DNA from: Prochlorococcus marinus subsp. pastoris str. CCMP1986
Lineage (GTDB): Bacteria > Cyanobacteriota > Cyanobacteriia > PCC-6307 > Cyanobiaceae
NCBI RefSeq assembly: GCF_000011465.1
Contig: NC_005072.1
Span: 210,001-242,000 of the forward strand
Direction: 5' to 3'
Length of the DNA: 32,000 bases
The notes below the pieces were generated by a model. The model saw nothing but the letters and a program-made list of their open reading frames with translations, ran no database searches and was not told where the DNA came from. This document shows, in pieces, positions 28,705-32,000 of this stretch. The position numbers and the translations under genes were made by a program. Position 1 is the first letter of the stretch. Each line of letters begins with the position of its first letter.

Positions 28705-29439
28705 ATGTCACCTGCTTCTAGAGGATTCAGCCGCTTAACTCCGCAACCTTCCGGACAAAATACTATTAATACTATTGGTGAACGTTTTCCGATTAATAGA
28801 ACATTAATGGAAGTCATAAAAGGTCTTGAAGGAGCAAGTACAGAAATGGTTGAGAGATCGAAAACAATATTTTTCCCTGGAGATCCTGCTGAAAGAGTTT
28901 ATTTAATAAGAAGAGGAGCAGTAAGGTTATCAAGAGTTTATGAATCAGGAGAAGAAATTACTGTTGCCTTGTTAAGGGAAAATAGCCTTTTTGGAGTTTT
29001 ATCTCTCCTAACAGGACATAGGTCTGATCGTTTTTATCATGCTATTGCTTTTACAAGAGTTGAAATGATTACAGCTCCTGCAAATTCTGTTTTGAGAGCA
29101 ATTGAAGCAGATGCATCCGTTGGTCTATTACTCTTGCAAGGCCTTTCAAGCAGGATTCTACAAACAGAAACAATGATAGAAACTCTTACACATAGAGACA
29201 TGTCATCTCGCCTAGTAAGTTTTTTGATGGTTTTGTGTCGAGATTTTGGAGTGGCAAGTGAAAAAGGTATTACTATTGATTTAAGACTTTCTCATCAAGC
29301 TATAGCAGAGGCAATAGGTTCTACAAGAGTTACCATTACAAGATTATTAGGAGATTTGAAAGATTCAGGATTATTAACTATTGAAAGAAAGAAGATTACA
29401 GTTTTTGATCCAATAGCACTTTCAAAAAGATTTAATTGA
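28705..29439 (+). CDS. ntcA: Global nitrogen regulator NtcA (CRP/FNR family)
   Basis: 244 aa. [48 protein letters not shown] and the [28 protein letters not shown] are near-identical to known NtcA. An alternative internal start is the Met at 28807. Confidence 0.95.
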   Translation: MSPASRGFSRLTPQPSGQNTINTIGERFPINRTLMEVIKGLEGASTEMVERSKTIFFPGDPAERVYLIRRGAVRLSRVYESGEEITVALLRENSLFGVLSLLTGHRSDRFYHAIAFTRVEMITAPANSVLRAIEADASVGLLLLQGLSSRILQTETMIETLTHRDMSSRLVSFLMVLCRDFGVASEKGITIDLRLSHQAIAEAIGSTRVTITRLLGDLKDSGLLTIERKKITVFDPIALSKRFN

Positions 29440-29493
29440 TATTTAATCAATTCATTCTCTATTATTAATGGTAATTAAATATTTAGATATATT

Positions 29494-30465
29494 GTGTCTG
29501 GTTGGCTTTTCATTATTTTCTTATTACTGCTTGGAGGTTTAATTTCAACGTTAGGTGACTTATTAGGTTCAAAGATAGGTAAGGCTAGGTTTAGCATTTT
29601 AAAGTTAAGACCCAAAAAAACTGCAATTTTAATTACAATTTTGACAGGCAGTCTGATAAGTGCTTCATCTTTGTTCTTAATGATATTAGTAAATAGACAG
29701 TTGAGAGTAGGGTTATTTAGGTTAGGAGATTTACAGAAAAAACTTCAAGAAAGTAAACAAGTTTTGATACCTTTAGAAAAAGAAAGAGAAAAACTAGAAA
29801 ATAAAATAAAAGCTAAAGAGACTGAATTTAAGCAATTAGAAAGGAATATAATTGCATTAAGAAGCGGGAAATTTGTAATAAGAAGTGGGCAATCTTTAAT
29901 TATTTCAGAGATAAGTTCTTCTAACCTGAAAGACATTAAATCTAAAATAGAAAAAATTATTATCAATGCCAATAGATATACTCATAAGATAGTTAAACCA
30001 AAAAATAAAGAAGTTAAAAATTTATTGTTATTAAGAAAAAATCATATCGAAGAAATGCAAAATATTATTTTAAAAGGTGGTAATTGGGTAATAAATATAA
30101 AATCTGTCAGAAATGTTCTAACAGGAGAAAATTTTGTGTATGCTTTTCCTGAAATAACAGAAAATAAAATAATAGTTAGAAAAGGTGAAAAAATAACAAA
30201 AATTGACTTCAAACAAGAAGATTTTAATAAAAAAGATTTTGGCGATAAGGTAAATTTTCTACTATCTTCTAGTTTGGCCGAAATTAAGAGAAGAGGTTCA
30301 CTTGTAAATGAAATTAAATTGCGAGGCGATTCTATAAAAGAATTAAGAGACTTCTTAAATAAAAATGATAAAACTAATTTTGAATTAGAAGCAGTCTCTT
30401 TGTTTAACAGTAAGACTGCTCAACCAGTGATTGTTGAACTAAATGTAAATTATCCAGAATCTTAG
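29494..30465 (+). CDS. Membrane-anchored coiled-coil protein, DUF3084-like
   Basis: GTG start, 323 aa. It has two N-terminal TM helices with GDLLGSKIGK..FS.LKLRPKKTA, followed by a coiled-coil. The family name is from memory. Confidence 0.6.
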   Translation: MSGWLFIIFLLLLGGLISTLGDLLGSKIGKARFSILKLRPKKTAILITILTGSLISASSLFLMILVNRQLRVGLFRLGDLQKKLQESKQVLIPLEKEREKLENKIKAKETEFKQLERNIIALRSGKFVIRSGQSLIISEISSSNLKDIKSKIEKIIINANRYTHKIVKPKNKEVKNLLLLRKNHIEEMQNIILKGGNWVINIKSVRNVLTGENFVYAFPEITENKIIVRKGEKITKIDFKQEDFNKKDFGDKVNFLLSSSLAEIKRRGSLVNEIKLRGDSIKELRDFLNKNDKTNFELEAVSLFNSKTAQPVIVELNVNYPES

Positions 30466-30903
30466 ATGTCTAGAGTTATAACTATTGATCCGGGGATATC
30501 GAAATGTGGAGTGATAATAGCTGATATCAAAGAAAAAAAAGTTTACGAAGCAGTAGTTATTAAAAGTCATCTACTTTTGCAATATGTTAAAAAAAAATAT
30601 CAGAGCGGAAAAAACGTTCAGTTGTTAATTGGCAATGGAACAAGTAGTAAAAATTACATAAAATATTTAAATCAATTTGAGCCTGATTTGATTATTGCTG
30701 AAGAAAAAAATTCAACTTATAGGGCTAAACAAAGATATTTTGAAATTTTTCCATTAACAGGCATAAAATGTTTTTTACCAAGAGAGATATTTATTTTGAA
30801 TAAAAATTTAGATGCATTAGCTGCGTTAATTATTATGGAAGATTATTTCAAAATTAAATTTGATGTAAGTGTAAAACTTAAGACTAAAACTTGGCTGAAA
30901 TAA
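30466..30903 (+). CDS. RNase H-fold nuclease, YqgF/RuvC-like (putative)
   Basis: 145 aa. The N-terminal ITIDPGISKCGV (acidic-residue motif of RuvC/YqgF) and a later IAEEKNSTYRA resemble the DER.(S/T)T..A motif of YqgF. The ATG directly abuts the upstream TAG. Confidence 0.45.
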   Translation: MSRVITIDPGISKCGVIIADIKEKKVYEAVVIKSHLLLQYVKKKYQSGKNVQLLIGNGTSSKNYIKYLNQFEPDLIIAEEKNSTYRAKQRYFEIFPLTGIKCFLPREIFILNKNLDALAALIIMEDYFKIKFDVSVKLKTKTWLK

Positions 30904-31141
30904 TGAATTTATATTCATTTCCTGCTTCAAGTTCATAATCTTTCTTTAAAAAGAATCTCAATAATGAATCTTGAATTAATGCTCTTCCTAAAGGGGGGGT
31001 TACAAACAAAACTCCTTTTCCAAATGACCATGTGAAGGTCCACTTGAAATCGCTTGCTTCCACAACTCCTTTTACTTCTTTTTTGGTGAAACAATACTCT
31101 TTAACACTTACATGTGCAGTTGTCTCAGGCTTTGCTTTCAT
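30884..31141 (-). CDS. Hypothetical small protein (85 aa)
   Basis: ATG ORF that starts 1 nt after the pth stop (same strand, likely co-transcribed). Its 3' end overlaps the convergent gene by 20 nt. No motif recognised. Confidence 0.45.
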   Translation of the reverse strand: MKAKPETTAHVSVKEYCFTKKEVKGVVEASDFKWTFTWSFGKGVLFVTPPLGRALIQDSLLRFFLKKDYELEAGNEYKFIISAKF

Positions 31142-31753
31142 TTATAAATTTTCTTCTCTATGGAAGGAATTTAATTCACTAATAATATAATCTTCATTTT
31201 TATCATTTAGTTCTATGAGTGATTCGATTAATTTTTTATAAACTCTATCCAAAGTTAAACTTTCTTTTGAAGATATATTTCCTAAGACATGGGAAATAGT
31301 ATTGAGGGTTTTCTTTCTTTCATTAACGGGTGGGGACCCTATACCTATTTTTATTCTATTAAAATTTTCAGTCTGCAATTTATTAATGATATCTTTAATT
31401 CCGTTATGTCCTCCAGAACTTCCTTTTTTCCTAAATCTAATTTTACCCAGGGGTAGATCAATATCATCAACTATTATAAAAAGACGATCCAAATCTATTT
31501 TGTACCAGTCCACTATCGCCCTTACAGCATTTCCACTGTTATTCATAAAAGTGTTCGGCATAAATAATCTATAAGTAAAATTATTTATTTTGAATTCTGA
31601 ATACCAACTTTTAAGCTTATTTTTCAAAGTAAATTTAGAATCGTATTTTTCAGAAAAATTTTCAAGTAGTAAAAAACCAATATTATGTCGATTTTGAATA
31701 TATTCTTTACCAGGATTGCCCAAACCAATTATAAATTTCTCATTATTGTTCAT
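31142..31753 (-). CDS. pth: Peptidyl-tRNA hydrolase
   Basis: 203 aa. GLGNPG, NRHNIGF, MNNSG and GGHNG are the canonical Pth motifs. Confidence 0.93.
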   Translation of the reverse strand: MNNNEKFIIGLGNPGKEYIQNRHNIGFLLLENFSEKYDSKFTLKNKLKSWYSEFKINNFTYRLFMPNTFMNNSGNAVRAIVDWYKIDLDRLFIIVDDIDLPLGKIRFRKKGSSGGHNGIKDIINKLQTENFNRIKIGIGSPPVNERKKTLNTISHVLGNISSKESLTLDRVYKKLIESLIELNDKNEDYIISELNSFHREENL

Positions 31754-31940
31754 AATTATAATTTCATATGTAAATTTTTATAAATTATAAAATAGAAACA
31801 TAACAAGGGTTTTTAATTGTGAATGAGAACACAAAATAAAGATTTTTATTTTCTTATTTATGAAATTATTAATTTTTACCTATTTAAAAAATTTTATATA
31901 ATATTAATTTAATTACTCTACAAAAATAATTTAAAGAAGT

Positions 31941-32000
31941 TTAATTTCCATTCCAATCGACTGAGAATCCCTGAAGGAGTAAAGATTGATTATAAATTTG
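31941..32000 (-). CDS. psbH: Photosystem II protein H, 3' end only; the rest lies outside the window
   Basis: Not in the ORF track. The reverse complement of 31941-32000 reads QIYNQSLLLQGFSVDWNGN, then stop (TAA = 31943-31941). This matches the PsbH C-terminus as I remember it. Confidence 0.82.
   Translation of the reverse strand, partial: QIYNQSLLLQGFSVDWNGN

Noticed and set aside
28641-28721. 26-codon upstream ORF overlapping the ntcA start
   Set aside because: It is out of frame with ntcA and overlaps the putative operator and -10 element. If the predicted TSS is right it would lie upstream of the TSS, so it is probably not translated.
17350-31574. Remaining shadow ORFs from the track: 17350-17535, 19006-19191, 19890-20150, 25260-25442, 26338-26646, 27857-28099, 29745-29972, 31302-31574
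   Set aside because: Each is antisense to or out of frame within a recognised gene (mpg, crtR, the Ycf66-like gene, glmM, the txlA-like gene, dcd/the cobO-like gene, the DUF3084-like gene, pth). None has a recognisable motif.
31754-31940. Possible terminator or small RNA in the 187-nt psbH-pth spacer (AAAATAAA-GATT-TTTATTTT hairpin near 31833-31852)
   Set aside because: The stem is A/T only (8 bp) with negligible predicted stability. Nothing separates it from background AT-rich sequence.

Overview
The window is very AT-rich (roughly 30% G+C by eye) and densely packed. By protein motifs and gene order it looks like core chromosome of a marine picocyanobacterium, most likely a high-light-adapted Prochlorococcus. 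This is inference only; no database search was possible. I support about 38 protein genes, one tRNA-Leu(UAG), three GC-rich intrinsic terminators, one heptanucleotide microsatellite and one candidate NtcA operator. The genes include: hemB (3' end), a VOC/glyoxalase-fold gene, mutS2, obg, cp12, a Xi-class GST, an aspartoacylase-like gene, psbA, aroC, an eda-like gene, ftsH, sat, psbO, coaBC, pyrB, mpg, gatC, crtR, ileS, trmB, glmM, a txlA-like gene, thyX, dcd, a cobO-like gene, ntcA, pth and psbH (3' end). Two partial or small genes are missing from the ORF track: cp12 (4432-4665, minus) and the psbH 3' end (31941-32000, minus). I found no mobile element, CRISPR array, integrase, toxin-antitoxin pair, defence-like cassette or island signature, so I cannot honestly claim a new multi-gene system. 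The observations most worth a second look are these. (1) Three clearly conserved genes (cp12, mpg, crtR) have homology-supported N-terminal coding sequence upstream of any in-frame ATG/GTG/TTG. In cp12 the only nearby ATG is one base out of frame. In crtR an in-frame ATG is followed by TAA at codon 5. (2) A CobO/CobA-like protein has its Walker-A P-loop replaced (SSYRGSYS) and its C-terminus truncated, and it sits in an apparent operon with dcd and thyX. (3) A translationally abutted pair of a DUF3084-like membrane coiled-coil protein and a YqgF/RuvC-like nuclease has unknown function. (4) Convergent genes are packed with 0-10 nt spacers or real 3' overlap. (5) A (TAAAAAA)8-9 microsatellite forms the U-tract of a bidirectional terminator. 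All family assignments rest on motif recognition from memory and need HMM or BLAST confirmation.
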